Origin: Pristiophorus japonicus
Lineage: Eukaryota
Assembly (NCBI RefSeq): GCF_044704955.1
Contig: NC_091999.1
Span: 50,096,001 to 50,160,000 of the forward strand
Length of the DNA: 64,000 nt
Direction: 5' to 3'
Shown: positions 25,676-38,079 of the stretch, one piece after another
Layout: each line of letters starts with the position of its first letter
Numbering within the stretch: position 1 is the stretch's first letter
Notes under the pieces: model-generated
Databases searched by the model: none
Seen by the model: only the letters and a program-made list of their open reading frames with translations
What the model was told of the DNA's origin: nothing
Program-made: the position numbers and the translations under genes

Positions 25676-26488
25676 CACCCTCCGCGGGACCCCGCAATTG
25701 ATGCGTGACCGTGTGGCCGTCCACTTTAGGGGGAACATTGGTCGGCGGCCCTCAACAGCTCAGCAAAACTTGTTCAGTGGCCCTCCAGCCCAAATAATGG
25801 CCCACCCCTGCACTAAACCATTTTTAACCGTCTTCTGCCAACTGACGTAGCTGGAAAAGCTTTTGCAATGATTGCCATAATTGAGCACTCTCTTCTTTTC
25901 CAAAGATCTCTGAGCTTCTCTAATGGCTGCTTTTGTCTCCGTCAGTTGGGGGTGATATTTCTCTCTATTCTTCTGTAAACTGAATTGATCTGGATCTGAA
26001 CTGGGTTCAATGTGAAACAGTTCAGGGAATCAGACATCATTCACCCCTCGGCCTACGCTGGACGGTTCCTTAGTAGAGAATCAGAGTCGTTACAGCACAG
26101 AAGGAGGTAATTTGGCCTATCAAGTCTGTGCCGATTCTTTGCAAGAGCCCTTCAGCTAGTCCCACTCCCCGCCCTTTCCCCGGAGCCGTGCAAATCTTTT
26201 TCTTTCAGGCACTTATACAATTCCCTTTTGAAAGCTGCGATTGAGTCTGCCTCCACCACCCTCTCAGGCCGTGCATTCCAGATCCCAACCTGTAAGGATT
26301 CCTCTGGTATCGCACCATATATTTGTCAGTATACTGAAACCCAGCTTTCTTACACTCCACTCCTGGAGGTCCCACTCCCTGAGCTAACAACCTTCAGCGG
26401 GGTCAGCGGAGTTCCACAGTGGAATGAACATGGTTCAAACCTGGATGTGATTAACAGCAGCAATAACAGCAGAAACCAAACCCTGCAG

Positions 26489-27465
26489 TCACTTGTGAAC
26501 TCGCTGGTGTCTCAGCAGGCTGAATGATCGAGTGAATCCCTTCCCACACATGGAGCAAGTGATCCCCAGTATGATCTCGCTGGTGTCTCAGAAGGTGGTA
26601 ACTGTTGTGCGTGTATAGAACCTGTACACTCAATATAGAGTTACATAAGACCAATGAATATATCTTTACATTGTATACAATATGCCTGTACCACCAGAGC
26701 GTTCAACAGGTGGAGACCGAGAGGTCACTTGCACACCGCAGGTATAAAAGGGAGCCCACCTTTTGGTAACATTCAGGAGCTGCAATAAAAGGACTAAGGT
26801 CACAACAGTGCAAGTGCAATACCTTACCTCGTGGAGTCATTACTCGAGTGCTTGCAAACACTACAGTAATTACTGGTGAATGTGTTTCCACACACGGAGC
26901 AGGTGAACGGCCACTCCCCAGTGTGAGTGCGCTGGTGTGTCCGCAGTTCCTTTTTGCTTTTAAAGCTCTTCTCACAGGCAGAACATTTAAAAGGTCTCAC
27001 ATTGGTGTGAACAAGTTGGTGTCTCAGTCGGTGGGTTGAGGAAATGAATCCTGACCCACACACGGAGCAGGTGAAGGTCTCTCCCCAGTGTGAACTCGCT
27101 GGTGTGTTAGCAGCTCACATGACCGAGTGAATCTCTTCCCACACACGGAGCAGCTGAACAGCCTCCCCCAGTGTGATTGTGTTGATGAGTTTCCAGCTCA
27201 GTTGGGTAATTGAATCCTTTCCCACAGTCCCCGCATTTTCACGGTTTCTCCCCAGTGTGACTGCGTTTGTGTTTCGCCAGGCCACAGGATAGGCTGAATC
27301 CTCGTCCACACACACAACACGTGTACGGTTTCTCCCCGCTGTCAACTCTGCTTTTTGCTTCCATGTTATGTTTGATGATATTCAGGTCCCGATGAATAGA
27401 CCGGCCGATCTTGATGTGATGTTGGAGTTAAATCTCCCGTGTACAAATCCTCCCCTTCTAATAAC
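26489..27465 (-). pseudogene. C2H2 zinc-finger pseudogene exon interrupted by a solo LTR
   Basis: Acceptor TTTTACAG at 27466; fingers such as [16 protein letters not shown]; stops and frameshifts; one finger split by the LTR. Confidence 0.88.
26603..26865 (+). mobile_element. Solo LTR (~263 bp)
   Basis: TG...CA ends, internal TATAAAA then AATAAA, flanks GTAAC/GTAAT (5 bp TSD with 1 mismatch). Confidence 0.8.
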
Positions 27466-27589
27466 CTGTAAAATGAATATAAAACAGATAAAAGGGAGTG
27501 AGAGAGAACCCAGAAAAACACAAAGGCTTGTTGTAAAATTGAGCTTAATGAACCGGGGAATTTGAGGGGTAGGCTCCAGAAAAACAGTC

Positions 27590-28090
27590 ACAATGAAAGC
27601 TGCCGGATTGTCATTAAAATCCCAATTGGCGCACTAATGTCCTCCAGCGATATGGGGATCGGGCGGGAGAGTCAAGTTGAGGTCGAAGATCAGCCATGGT
27701 CGTATTGACCGGTGGAGAAGGCTCGAAGGACCAAATGGCTGACTCCTGCTCCTAATTCTTATGTTCTGATGGAAGGGAACCTGCCACCCAACCTGTCCCA
27801 CGGCTTTTACCATCCAGAAGGAAAAGGGCAGCAGGTGAATTGGAACACCATCATCTGCAAGTTCCCCTCCAAGTCACACACCATCCGGACTTGGTCATGT
27901 ATCGCCGTTCCTTCATCGTCACTGGGTCAAAATCCTGGAACTGGCTCCCTAACAGCACTGTGGGAGTACCTTCACCACACGGACTGCAGCGGTTCAAGTA
28001 GGTGACTCCCCACCACCTTCTCCAGTGTAATTAGGAATGGCCAATAAATGCCGGCCTTGACAGCGACGGCCACAGCCCGGAACAAATTTA
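27590..28090 (+). mobile_element. Degenerate SINE/LINE 3' fragments
   Basis: A CR1-like 3'UTR piece plus a LINE-type tail ending AATAAATGCCGGCC; duplicated at ~61850-62350. Family assigned from recognition only. Confidence 0.5.
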
Positions 28091-28189
28091 AAAATCTGTA
28101 AATGTTCAATGGATTAAAAGTCTCTGCAGAAATACTTGTTCATCAAACACTTTTCCATTGTGTGGACAAAGTGTGTTTAATAATCTAAT

Positions 28190-28580
28190 CTCCCCCAGAG
28201 CCCACCTCCCCGGGGGCCCCGAGCCCAGAGCCCACCTCCCCGGGGGCCCCGCACGGGCCCAGAGCTCACCTCCCCGGGGGCCCAGAGCCCACCTCCCCGG
28301 GTGCCCCGCACGGGCCCAGAGCCCACCTCCCCGGGGGCCCCGCACGGGCCCAGAGCCCACCTCTCTGGGGGCCCCACACGAGCCCAGTGCCCACCTCCCC
28401 AGGGGCCCCGCACGGGCCCAGAGCCCACCTCCCGGGGGCCCCGAACGCGCCCAGAGCCTACCTCCCCGGGGGCCCCGCACGAGCCCAGAGCCCAGCCCCC
28501 GGGGGCACCGCACGTGCCCAGAGCCCACCTCTCTGGAGGCCCTGCACGGGCCCAGAGCCCACGTCCCCGGGGGCCCCGCT
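28190..28580. repeat. 34 bp GC-rich minisatellite, ~12 units
   Basis: Unit GGGCCCAGAGCCCACCTCCCCGGGGGCCCCGCAC. Confidence 0.92.
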
Positions 28581-29349
28581 TGGGGAAAGGCCGGAGGCCC
28601 ACAGCGGGTGTGTGTGAAGCGGATAATGCGGAGTGTTGTCTCTCCGGTGGGCGGTGCTGAGCCCGCATCTCCCGCACTGAGCATGTTCGGGCGGCGGCGG
28701 CGACAGTTGGTGGAGCCCGGATGATGTCGGTTGTCGGCGCGGGGCAGGAATTGGAGCCGCGCGTGGGGCTGGTGAGCGTCATAAACACCTGGTGTAGGGC
28801 CCAGGACCTATCACAGCCCAGAGGCTGACCCCGGGCTTGACCCGCGGTGACAGGCCCGGGGTCAGCGAGGTCACTGGCCGCCAGCTGGGATTTGGGATGG
28901 AGGAAAAATGGGAGGCATTCTAAAGCAAATGGTGCAATTTGCAGGTGAACACAAAGCTGTGAGGGGCAGGGTCCGCTGATCAATCTGTTCCAGCATTAAT
29001 AGCAGTATAGAGTACAACAAGCAAGTTCTGGTCAACCTTTATCATTCACTAGTTAGACTCAGATATTGAGGGTTTGGCCTCAATTCTGGGACATCAATAA
29101 TAACTTTCAAATCCAGCAATGTTCAAAGGGAACATTTTCTGGTGTTTTGGGGTAGGTGCAGGGAGTGGAACTTTCAGTGAGTCGGACAGGCTCGATGGGC
29201 CGAATGGCCTCATTCTGTGCCGTATGATTCCCTGTAATGGTGAGAGTCAGGGAGTGAGTGGTCAGGGAGAGCCCATCACCAAAACAGCGAGATATTACAG
29301 ATTTATAGGGAGGGTCAGAGTGTATAAAGAGGTGACGGGAGCACAGACA

Positions 29350-29645
29350 CCCAGAGTCGGTACTTTCAGGGGAGGGGAACCAGTGAGTGTAGAACTGAAC
29401 CCAGCCAGAGTCCGTATCTTCAGGGGAGGGGAACCAGTGAGTGTAGAACTGGACCCATCCAAAGTCAGTGCTTTCAGGGGAGGGGAACCAGTGATTGTAG
29501 AACTGAACACAGCCAGAGTCAGCACCTTCAGGGGAGGGGAACCAGTGAGTGTAGAATTGAACCCAGCCAGAGTCCGTACCTTCAGGGGAGGGGAACCAGT
29601 GAGTGTAGAACTGGACCCATCCAAAGTCAGTGCTTTCAGGGAGGA
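29350..29645. repeat. 54 bp minisatellite type B, ~5 units
   Basis: Unit AGAGTCAGTACCTTCAGGGGAGGGGAACCAGTGAGTGTAGAACTGAACCCAGCC. Confidence 0.92.
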
Positions 29646-30100
29646 AGTACAGAGGTTTCGGGAGGATGTTCCAGAGCTTGGGGCCTCGACAACAGAAGAC
29701 AAGGCCACCAATGGTTGAGCAATTATAATCAGGGATGCTCAGGAGGGCAGAATTTGAGGAGCGCAGACATCTCTGGGGGTTGTGGAGCTGGAGGAGATTA
29801 CAGAGATAGGGAGGGGCGAGGCCATGGAGGGGTTTGTAAACCAGGAGGAGAATTTTGAAATCGAAGCGTTGCTTAACCGGGAGCCAATGTAGGTCAGCAA
29901 GCACAGGGGGTGATGGGTGAACGAGACTTGGTGCGAGTTAGTACACGGGCAGCCGAGTTTTGGATGAGGTGAAGATTACGTGGGGTCGAATGTGGGAGGC
30001 CAGCCAGGAGTGTGTTGGAATAGTCAAGTCTAGAGGTAACCGAGGAATGGATGAGGGTTTCAGCAGAGGGTGAGCTGAGGCAGGGATGGAGATGGCCGAT
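29646..30100 (-). mobile_element. L2-clade LINE ORF2 3' fragment
   Basis: SAETLIHSSVTSRLDYSN, IQNSAARVLTRT and LHWLPVKQRFDFKILLLVYK motifs. Smaller related fragments at ~31285-31360 and ~35536-35745 (+). Confidence 0.85.
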
Positions 30101-30505
30101 GTTCCTCAAGCTAGGAGACCAAACCTGTACACAATACTCCAGGTGTGGCCTCACCAAGGCCCTGTACAACTGTTGCAACACCTCACTGCCCCTGTATCAA
30201 ATCCCCTCGCTATGAAGGCCAACATGCTATTTGCTTTCTTAACCGACTGCTGTACCTGCATGCCAACCTTCAATGACTGATGATTTTGAACACTCTATCA
30301 AATCTCGTCTTAACCTTTTCTGCTCCAAGGAGAATTACCGCAGCTTCTCAAGTATCTCCACATAACTGAAGTCCCTACTCCTTCGTAACATTCCAGTAAC
30401 TCTCTTCTGCTCCCTCTCTAAAGTGTAGATACCCTTCTGAAAGTGTGGTGCCCAGAATTGAGCACAATGTGACAGCTGAGGCCTAACCAGTGTTTATAAA
30501 GGTTG
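30101..30505 (-). mobile_element. CR1 ORF2 fragments
   Basis: LYRALVRPHLEYCVQ motif plus a second, more decayed piece. Confidence 0.75.
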
Positions 30506-30849
30506 AGCAGAACTAAACATCAAATGCTGCTATTTGTGTGATGGGGTTTAGATGGCCGAGGTTTATCCAGTCAGTTGGATGTGAGCTGAAACATGTGCAC
30601 TTGGAGCGGGGAGCCAGGAACACGCTGTGTAACTGGGCACAGACACTCTGCACAGCCCACACATCACTTGATTCCCACTTGGCCCAGATGGATGTATTAA
30701 ATGCAACAATTCATTTGATTTTACTTTAAATAGTTTTGTTTATAAATTTAATTATGCTTCTCTAATTTTATTTCTTAACTCAGATTCACGACCCCATTTT
30801 ATTCCTTCCTCCGAGCCTCTCAACTTAATGTGGCAGCGTAATGTTGGCG

Positions 30850-30990
30850 AGTGGTGATTGATTGACCTGGGAACCAACAGGAAGAGAGGTCAGAGGTCAG
30901 AGGCCGGAGGGCCCAGGGAGCAGCGTGTTCTACAACCAATCACGGTGCTTGAGGGGTGGATCTTGAGTCAGCCTATCAGGTGAGTCTGTG
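30850..30990 (+). promoter_or_regulatory. Candidate regulatory module or first exon
   Basis: AGGTCA-G-AGGTCA (DR1) at 30887-30899, CCAAT at 30936, TGAGTCA at 30964, CAG|GTGAGT donor at 30980. Confidence 0.35.
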
Positions 30991-31599
30991 TGAACCTCTG
31001 TTAAACAATTCATTTTTTATAGTTAAATCGAGATTTCTTTTGTCAGCAAAACAGTTTAACACTTGTCAGTATTTTGTTTCCCTGGAGTTCCTATTATGAG
31101 TTTCAGACACTTCAGTGCCAAGTGGACCAGGTGTTTAAAGGTCATTCATTTCCCTCATGTCGCTGTTAGTTAAAGATACAGAGATTGATTTCCCTTCATT
31201 ATGCATCTTTTGTAAGTAAACAAAAATCCTTTCTGTTAGCAGTGAGTCACATTCTGCACTGGGGGAGACGGCTGGTGGCTTCAGGCTTTAAAATTCTCAT
31301 CCTCTTGTTCAAATCCCTCCAAGGCCTCGCCCCTCCCTATCTCTGTAACCTCCTCCAGCCCGCCAATCCTCTTAATAAGGAGAAACAATTTCCAGTGTCA
31401 GAAAGTTCAGTAACCAGAGGCTCAGATTGAATGTGATTGGCAAATGAACCAGATGCTACATGAGGGGACTAATGAAGCAGCGAGATGTTCTGGCCTGGAA
31501 CGCACTGCCTGTTCGGGTGGTGGAAGCAGATTCACTTGTAACTTTCGAAAGAGATAAACATGAGTTGAAAACATTTTCAGCGTTATGGGGCAAGAGTAG

Positions 31600-33300
31600 G
31601 ACAGGAGTCCCCTGAGTGCATCTCGCTCGCTAACCGGTTTTCAGTTCTGGACATTGATGAGGGCGAAGGTTTCTCTGGGGAGTGCAGCCAGAGCCATGTC
31701 CACGACACCGTGGGTGGCTCAGCTGCACAGGGCGGGGAGGAAGAAGAGTGGAAGAGCAATAGTGGTGGTGGATTTGATAGTTAGGGGAACAAACAAGCGC
31801 TTCTGCAGGCACAGACATGATTCCAGGATGGTATGTTGCCTCCCTGGTGCCAGGTTCAACGATGTCACTGAGCGGCTGCAGGACATTGTTGAGGGGGGAG
31901 GATGAACATCCAGAGGTTGTGGTCCATATCGGGACCAATGACATAGGTAGAAAGAGGGATGAGATCCTGCAGGCAGATTTTTGGGAACTCGGAAAGATAT
32001 TAAAAAAACAGGACCTCAAAGGTAGTAATGTCCGGATTACTCCGGTGCCACGTGCTGGTGAGTGCAGAAATAAGAGGATAGAGCAGATGAATGCATGGCT
32101 GGAGTTTGGTGCAGGAGGGAGGGCTTTAGATTCCTGAGGCATTGGGAGCGTTTCTGGGGGAGGTGGGACCAGTACAAGCCGGACAGGTTGCAACTCAACA
32201 GGACCGGTCAATATCCTCACTGGGGGTTTTGCTAGTGTTTGGAAGGCAGAGGAAACAAAGGCTAGAAAATAGACAATAAGGGAGTTTGGCAGCGCTAAAT
32301 GCCAGTACCAGCGTGTTTCAGTGAGATCACCTCTCATTCGTCTCAACTCCAGAGAGTATAGGACCATTCTACACAAACTCTCATCATAAGACAGCCCTCT
32401 CATCACAGGAATCAATCCAGTAATACTTCAATGCCAATGCAAGGAGTCTAGGGATTAAGGCAGATAAGCTGAGGGCACAGACAGACATGTGGGGGTATGA
32501 TATTGTAACTATTAGTGAAACACGGCTAAAAGAACTGCAGGAATGGCAGCTCAACATTTCTGGTTACAGGAGTTTAAGAGGAGATCGAGACGGGGATAAA
32601 AAAAGGAGAGCGCGTCGCAGTGTTGATTAAAGAAACAATTCCAGCTGTGGGGAGGGATGATATGTTCGAAGGATCGTCAAATGAGGCCACATGGGAGAAG
32701 TGAAGAACAAAAAATGGGCAATAACACTGCTGGGGATGTACTATAGACCCCCAAACAGTCAGAGGGAGACAGAAGAGCAAATATGTCTGCACATTTCTGA
32801 TACGTGCAAAAATAATAGGGCAGTAATAGTCGGGGATTTCAACCACCCAAATATTAACTGGGATAGAATTAGTGTGAAAGATATAGAAGGAGCAGAATTC
32901 TTAAAATGCATTCAGGAGAACTTTTTTAGCCATTACGTAGCAAGCCCAACAAGAGAGGGGGTGGTTCTGGACTTAGGCTTAATGAATGAAGCTTAGGCAG
33001 GTGGAAGGGGTATCAGTGGGAGAGTATTTTGGTGCTGGTGATCACAATTCAGTTAGATTCAGGGTAGTTATGGAAAAGGACAAAGATGGACCAAGAATAA
33101 AAGTTCTTAATTGGGGTAAAGCTAATGTTACTAATCTGAGATGTGATTTAATCAAAGTGCACTGGAAACAGCTACTTGAAGGTAAATTAGTGTCAGAGCA
33201 GTTGGAGGCATTCAAGGAGGAGATAGCGAGGGTTCAGAGCAAGTATGTTCCCTTAAGATAAAAGGTGGTACTAATAAATCTAGAGCCCCTTAGATGTCAA
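31600..33300 (+). mobile_element. CR1 fragment: ORF1 esterase and APE region, rearranged
   Basis: VVVHIGTNDIG, YYRPPNS and IVGDFNHPNINW motifs; short inverted RT piece near 32310-32430. Confidence 0.82.
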
Positions 33301-33304
33301 TATT

Positions 33305-34262
33305 AGAATATCCGAGATAGGAGCAGGAGTAGGTCATACGGCCCATCGATCCTGCACCGCCATTCAATAAGATCATCGCCCTCAACTCCACTTTCCCACC
33401 TGATCTCCATATCCCTTTATTCCCCGAGAGTCCAAAAATCTATCTATCTCAGCCTTGAATAGACTGAGCATCCACAGCCCTCTGGGGCAGAGAATTCCAA
33501 AGATTGACAACCCTCTGAGTGAAGAAATTTCTCATCTCTGTCTTAAATGGCCTTCCCCTTTTCTTGAGCCCCCGAGTTCTAGTCACTCCAGCCCGGGGGA
33601 ATCGAGCTCTCAGCATCTACCCTGTCAATACCCTTCAGAATCTTGTATGTTTCAATGAGATCCCCTCTCATTCTTCTAAACTCCAGAGACTATAGGTACA
33701 TTCTACATAATCTCTCAACGTAAGACAGTTCTCTCATCCCAGGAATCAATCTTGTGAACCTCCATTGCACCATCTCCAAAGCAAGTATATTTTTCCTTAG
33801 ATAAGGAGACCGAAACTGCCCAGTATTCCAGGTGTGGTCTCACCAAGGCCCTGTACAATTGTAGCAATAGATCCTTACTATTATACTCCACCCCCTTACT
33901 GCTTGCTGTACCTGCATGCTCGCTTTCTGTGTTTCTTGCACAAGGACACCCAAATCTCTCTCAACACCAACATTTAAAGTTTCTCACCATTTAAAAAATA
34001 TTCTGTTTTTCTATTCTTCCTACGAAAGTGAATAACCTCACATTTCCCGACATTATACTCAATCTGCCACCTTACTGCCCATTCACATCGTCTGTCTATA
34101 TATCTTTGCACTCTTGTGTTCTGCTCACAGCTTACTGTCTCACCGAGCTTTGTATCGTCAGCAAATATTACACTCGGTCCCTTTATCTAGGTCATTAATA
34201 TAGATTGTAAATAACTGAGGCCCCAGCACTGATCCTTGCTGCACCCCACCAGTTACAGCCTG
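33305..34262 (-). mobile_element. CR1 3' fragment
   Basis: CR1 3'UTR and RT C-terminal half; one-mismatch copy of the Tx1 target motif at 33931-33946. Confidence 0.85.
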
Positions 34263-34269
34263 CCGGAAG

Positions 34270-34433
34270 CCCCACCCCTCACACACTCCAATTGTTTGGA
34301 GGACCAACCGCCCATTTGGTCCTCCAGCCCCGCCCTGCTCCTCCTATTGGTGGGGAGCTGCCGTCAATCACCCGGGCAGTGTGAGCTGAGCATGTGCAGG
34401 CGGCGGTGGCAGACGCTGACGCAGGAGGTGAGC
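34270..34433 (+). promoter_or_regulatory. CpG promoter module and putative non-coding exon 1 of the 41 kb ZNF gene
   Basis: ATTGG box, NRF1-like GAGCATGTGC, donor GAG|GTGAGC at 34428. Homologous (inverted) to ~62960-63160. Confidence 0.55.
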
Positions 34434-34497
34434 GAGCTCCAGGGAACGGTTTAAAGAAACGCTGGGGGCAACAACACCGAGTGCAGCCCCGGGCTCG

Positions 34498-34840
34498 GAT
34501 ATAAACCGGGGAACATTCTCCCCACACCGGGGGGGATATAAACAGGGGAACATTCTCCCCACACCGGGGGGATATAAACCGGGGAACATTCTCCCCACAC
34601 CGGGGGGGGGGGGATATAAACCGGGGAACATTCTCCCCACACCGGGGGGGGGGGATATAAACCGGGGAACATTCTCCCCACACCGGGGGGGGGGATTTAA
34701 ACCGGGGAACATTCTCCCCATACCGGGGGGGGGATATAAACCGGGGAACATTCTCCCCACACCGAGGGGTGGGGATATAAACCGGGGAACATTCACCCCA
34801 CACCGGGGGGGGGGATATAAACCGGGAAACATTCTCCCCC
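34498..34840. repeat. ~38-43 bp minisatellite with variable G-tract, ~8-9 units
   Basis: Unit ATATAAACCGGGGAACATTCTCCCCACACC(G)n. Confidence 0.92.
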
Positions 34841-35014
34841 TGCCTGCCGGGTCCTGGGTCCGCTCCACCCCGAAGGAGCGGTCAGTGCATGCGCTGTGTC
34901 TGCGTCAAACTCTCGGAGCGTCTGTAAATCAACGAGAAATAGTAATGGACCAGGGAGCGTCTGTAAATGAAGGAGCAATGGTGACAGAGCAGGGAGCGTC
35001 AATAAAGAATTCTA

Positions 35015-35530
35015 GAATCACAGAATATTACAGCACAGAAGGGGGCCATTCGGCCCATCGAGTCCGCGCCGATACTTTCGAAAAGCAATCCGGTTATCCC
35101 ACTTCCCCCGCTCTTTCCCCAAATCACTGCAATAGCATTCTGCTTCAAGTGTTTGTCCAATTCACTTTTGAAGGCTACTATTGACTCGGTCTCCACCGCT
35201 CTGTCAGGCAGTGTATTCCAAATCCTAACCACTACTGGTGTAAAAATGGTTTTCCTCATGTGACCTCTGTTTTTGCCAATCGCCTCAAATCTGTGCCCTC
35301 TGGTTATCAGCCGTTAGAAACAGCTTCTCGATTTATTCGATATCATCTTCATGATTTTTAACACCTTTATCAAATCTCGTCTTAGCCTTCTCTGCCCCAA
35401 GGAAAACAATCCCAGCTTCTCCAGTCTCCACATAAATGAAGTTCCTCATCCCTGGCACATTTCCAGTCAATCTCTTCTGTCCCCTCTCCAAAGCCTTTGT
35501 GTCCTTCCTGAAGTGTGCCCAGAATTGGAT
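35015..35530 (-). mobile_element. Old CR1-like 3' fragment
   Basis: VVRIWNTLP..FKSELDKHL motif and CR1-like 3'UTR. Confidence 0.7.
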
Positions 35531-35747
35531 CCAATTTTAAAATTCTCATCCTTGTTTTCAAATCCCTCCATAGCCTTGCCCCTCCCTACCTCTGTAACCT
35601 CCTCCAGCCCGACAACCCTCCAGGATCTCTGTACTCCTCCAAATTGCTGGTTTTAATCACACCACCATTGGTTGCCATGCCTTCAGCTGCCTAGGCCCTA
35701 AGCTCCAGAATTCCCTCCCGAAACCTCTCCCTCCTCTTTTAAGACCC

Positions 35748-37552
35748 TAAGAACATAAGAAATAGGAGCAGGAGTAGGCCATTTGGCCCCTCGTGCCTGC
35801 TCCGCCATTCAATAAGATCATGGCTCATCTGGTCATGGACTCAGCTCCACTTCCCTGCCCGCTTCCCATAACCCTTTACTCCTTATCGTTCAAAAATCTG
35901 TCTATCTCCACCTTAAATATATTCAATGACCCAGCCTCTACAGCTCTCTGGGTCAGAGAATTCCACAGATTTACAACCCTCTGAGAAGAAATTTCTCCTC
36001 ATCTCAGTTCTAAATGGGCGGCCTCTTATTCTTAGACTATGTTCTCTAGTTTTAGTTTCCCCTATGAGTGGATGCAAATATCTTCTCTGCATCCACCTTA
36101 TCGAGCCCCCTCATTATCGTATATGTTTCAATAACATCACCTCTCATTCTTCTGAACTCCAACCTATTCAATCTATCTTCATAAGACAACCCCCTCACCT
36201 CTGGAATCATCCTAGTGAACCTTCTCTGACAGCCTCCAATACAAGTATATCCCTCCTTAAATAAGGAGACTAAAACTGTACGCAGTACTCCAGGTGTGGC
36301 CTCACCAATACCCTGTACAGTTGTAGCAGGACTAATCTGCTATTATACTCTATCCCCCTTGCAATAAATGCCAAGATTACATTTGCCTTCCTGATTACTT
36401 GCCGTACCTACATACTAACTTTTTGTGTTTCATGCACAAGGACCCCCAGGTCTCTCTGTACTGCAGCACTTTGCAATTTTTCTCCATTTAAATTATAATT
36501 TGCTTTTCTATTATTTCTGCCAAAGTGGATAATCTCACAGTTTTCCACATTATACTCCATCTGCCAAATTTTTGCCCACTCACTGAGCCTTTGCAGATTT
36601 TTTGTGTTCTCCTCAAAATTTGCTTTCCCACCCATCTTTGTATCATCAGCAATCTTGGCTACATTACACTCTGTCCCTTCATCCAAGTCATTAATATGGA
36701 TTGTAAATAATTGAGGACCCAGCACCGATCCCTGCGGCACCCCACTAGTCACTGTTTGTCAACTGGAAAATGACCCATTTATCCCGACTCTTTGTTTTCT
36801 GTTAGCTCGCCAATCCTCTATCCATGTTAATATATTGCCCCCAACCCAGTGAGCTTTTATCTTGTACAGTAACGCCTTATGTGGCACCTTATCGAATGCC
36901 TTCTGGAAATCCAAATACACCACATCCACTGGTTCCCCCTTATTCACCCTGTTCGTTACATCCTCCAAGAACTCCACCAAATTTGTCAAACCTGATTTCC
37001 CTTTCATAAAACCATGCTGACTCTGCTTGATTGAATCATGCTTTTCCAAATGTCCCATTACTGCTTCTTTAATAATGGACTCCCAACATTTTCCCAACGA
37101 CAGATGTTAGGCTAACTGGTGTGTAGTTTCCTGCTTTTTGTCTGCCTCCTTTTTTAAATAGGGGTGTTACATTTGCGGTTTTCCAATCTGCTGGGACCGC
37201 CCCAGAATCCAGAGAATTTTGGGAAATTACAACCAATGCATCCACTATCTCTGCAGCCATTTCTCTTAAGACCCGAGGATGCAAGCCATCAGGTCCAGGG
37301 GACTTGTCCGCCTTTAGTCCCATTATTTTACCTCGTACCACTTCATTACTGATAGTAATTGTATTAAGTTCCTCCCTACCTATCGCCCCTTGATTATCCA
37401 CTATTGGGATGTTTTTAGTGTTTTCTACCGTGAAGACCGATACAAAACATTTGTTCAACGTCTCTGCCATTTCCCTGTTCTCCATTATTAATTCCCCAGT
37501 CTCATCCTCCAGGGGACCAACATTTACTTGAGCCACTCTTTTCCTTTTTAAC
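35748..37552 (-). mobile_element. CR1 LINE, 5'-truncated, with an unoccupied Tx1 target site
   Basis: KSPGPDGLHP, DFQKAFDKVP, GVPQGSVLGP and DLGVLVHETQKV motifs; target motif at 36427-36442. Confidence 0.9.
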
Positions 37553-38079
37553 ACTCTTTGAAATGTGCCTCTTTGACCATCGGTGTTAAATTCTATCTGA
37601 TAATGCTCCTGTGAACCAGCAGGGGCCATTTTACAGTGTTAATTCAAGGCTGAGATCGATACATTTTTTGCGTTTCGGGGAATCAAGGGATATGGAGATC
37701 GGGCGGGAAAGTGGAGTTGAGGTTGATGTTCAGTCATGATATTGAATGGTGGAGCAGGCTCGAGGGGCCGTATGGCCTATTCCTGCTCATAACTCTTATG
37801 TTCTTAAAGGCGCTATATAAATGAAAGTTGTTGTTGTTGATAAAGGAAGGAGAAATGGTGATGGGTGAGGGAGAGCATTTCATCTGAACTGGCAGATATG
37901 GCAGATGGACAGCTTATAGGGAGCGATAGAGTGAGGGAAAGGAGAGAGAGAGAGAGACCATGTACACAAGAAATGAACTGTAAAGTTGGGTGGGGAAGAG
38001 GAGGTGGGGAAGTGACAGCAGACAAAAGGAGGCACAATGGGAGAAGGGAGAGTAATAAAAGACACATAGAAAATAAAAA

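Larger units (their letters stand above)
25028..29645 (+). repeat. Segmental duplication unit A (paralogue of 60047-64000)
   Basis: Same order and similar sequence: hairpin-rich repeat, 54 bp minisatellite, ZNF pseudogene with solo LTR, 34 bp GC minisatellite, promoter, second 54 bp minisatellite. Confidence 0.92.

Noticed and set aside
25396-25815. hAT-like MITE ends (CAATGT...ACATTG; CCCACCCCTG)
   Set aside because: The inverted match is too short and no target-site duplication was found.
28106-28983. Pro/Gly/Arg-rich ORFs (also 62361-63499)
   Set aside because: Translations of a GC-rich minisatellite and CpG island.
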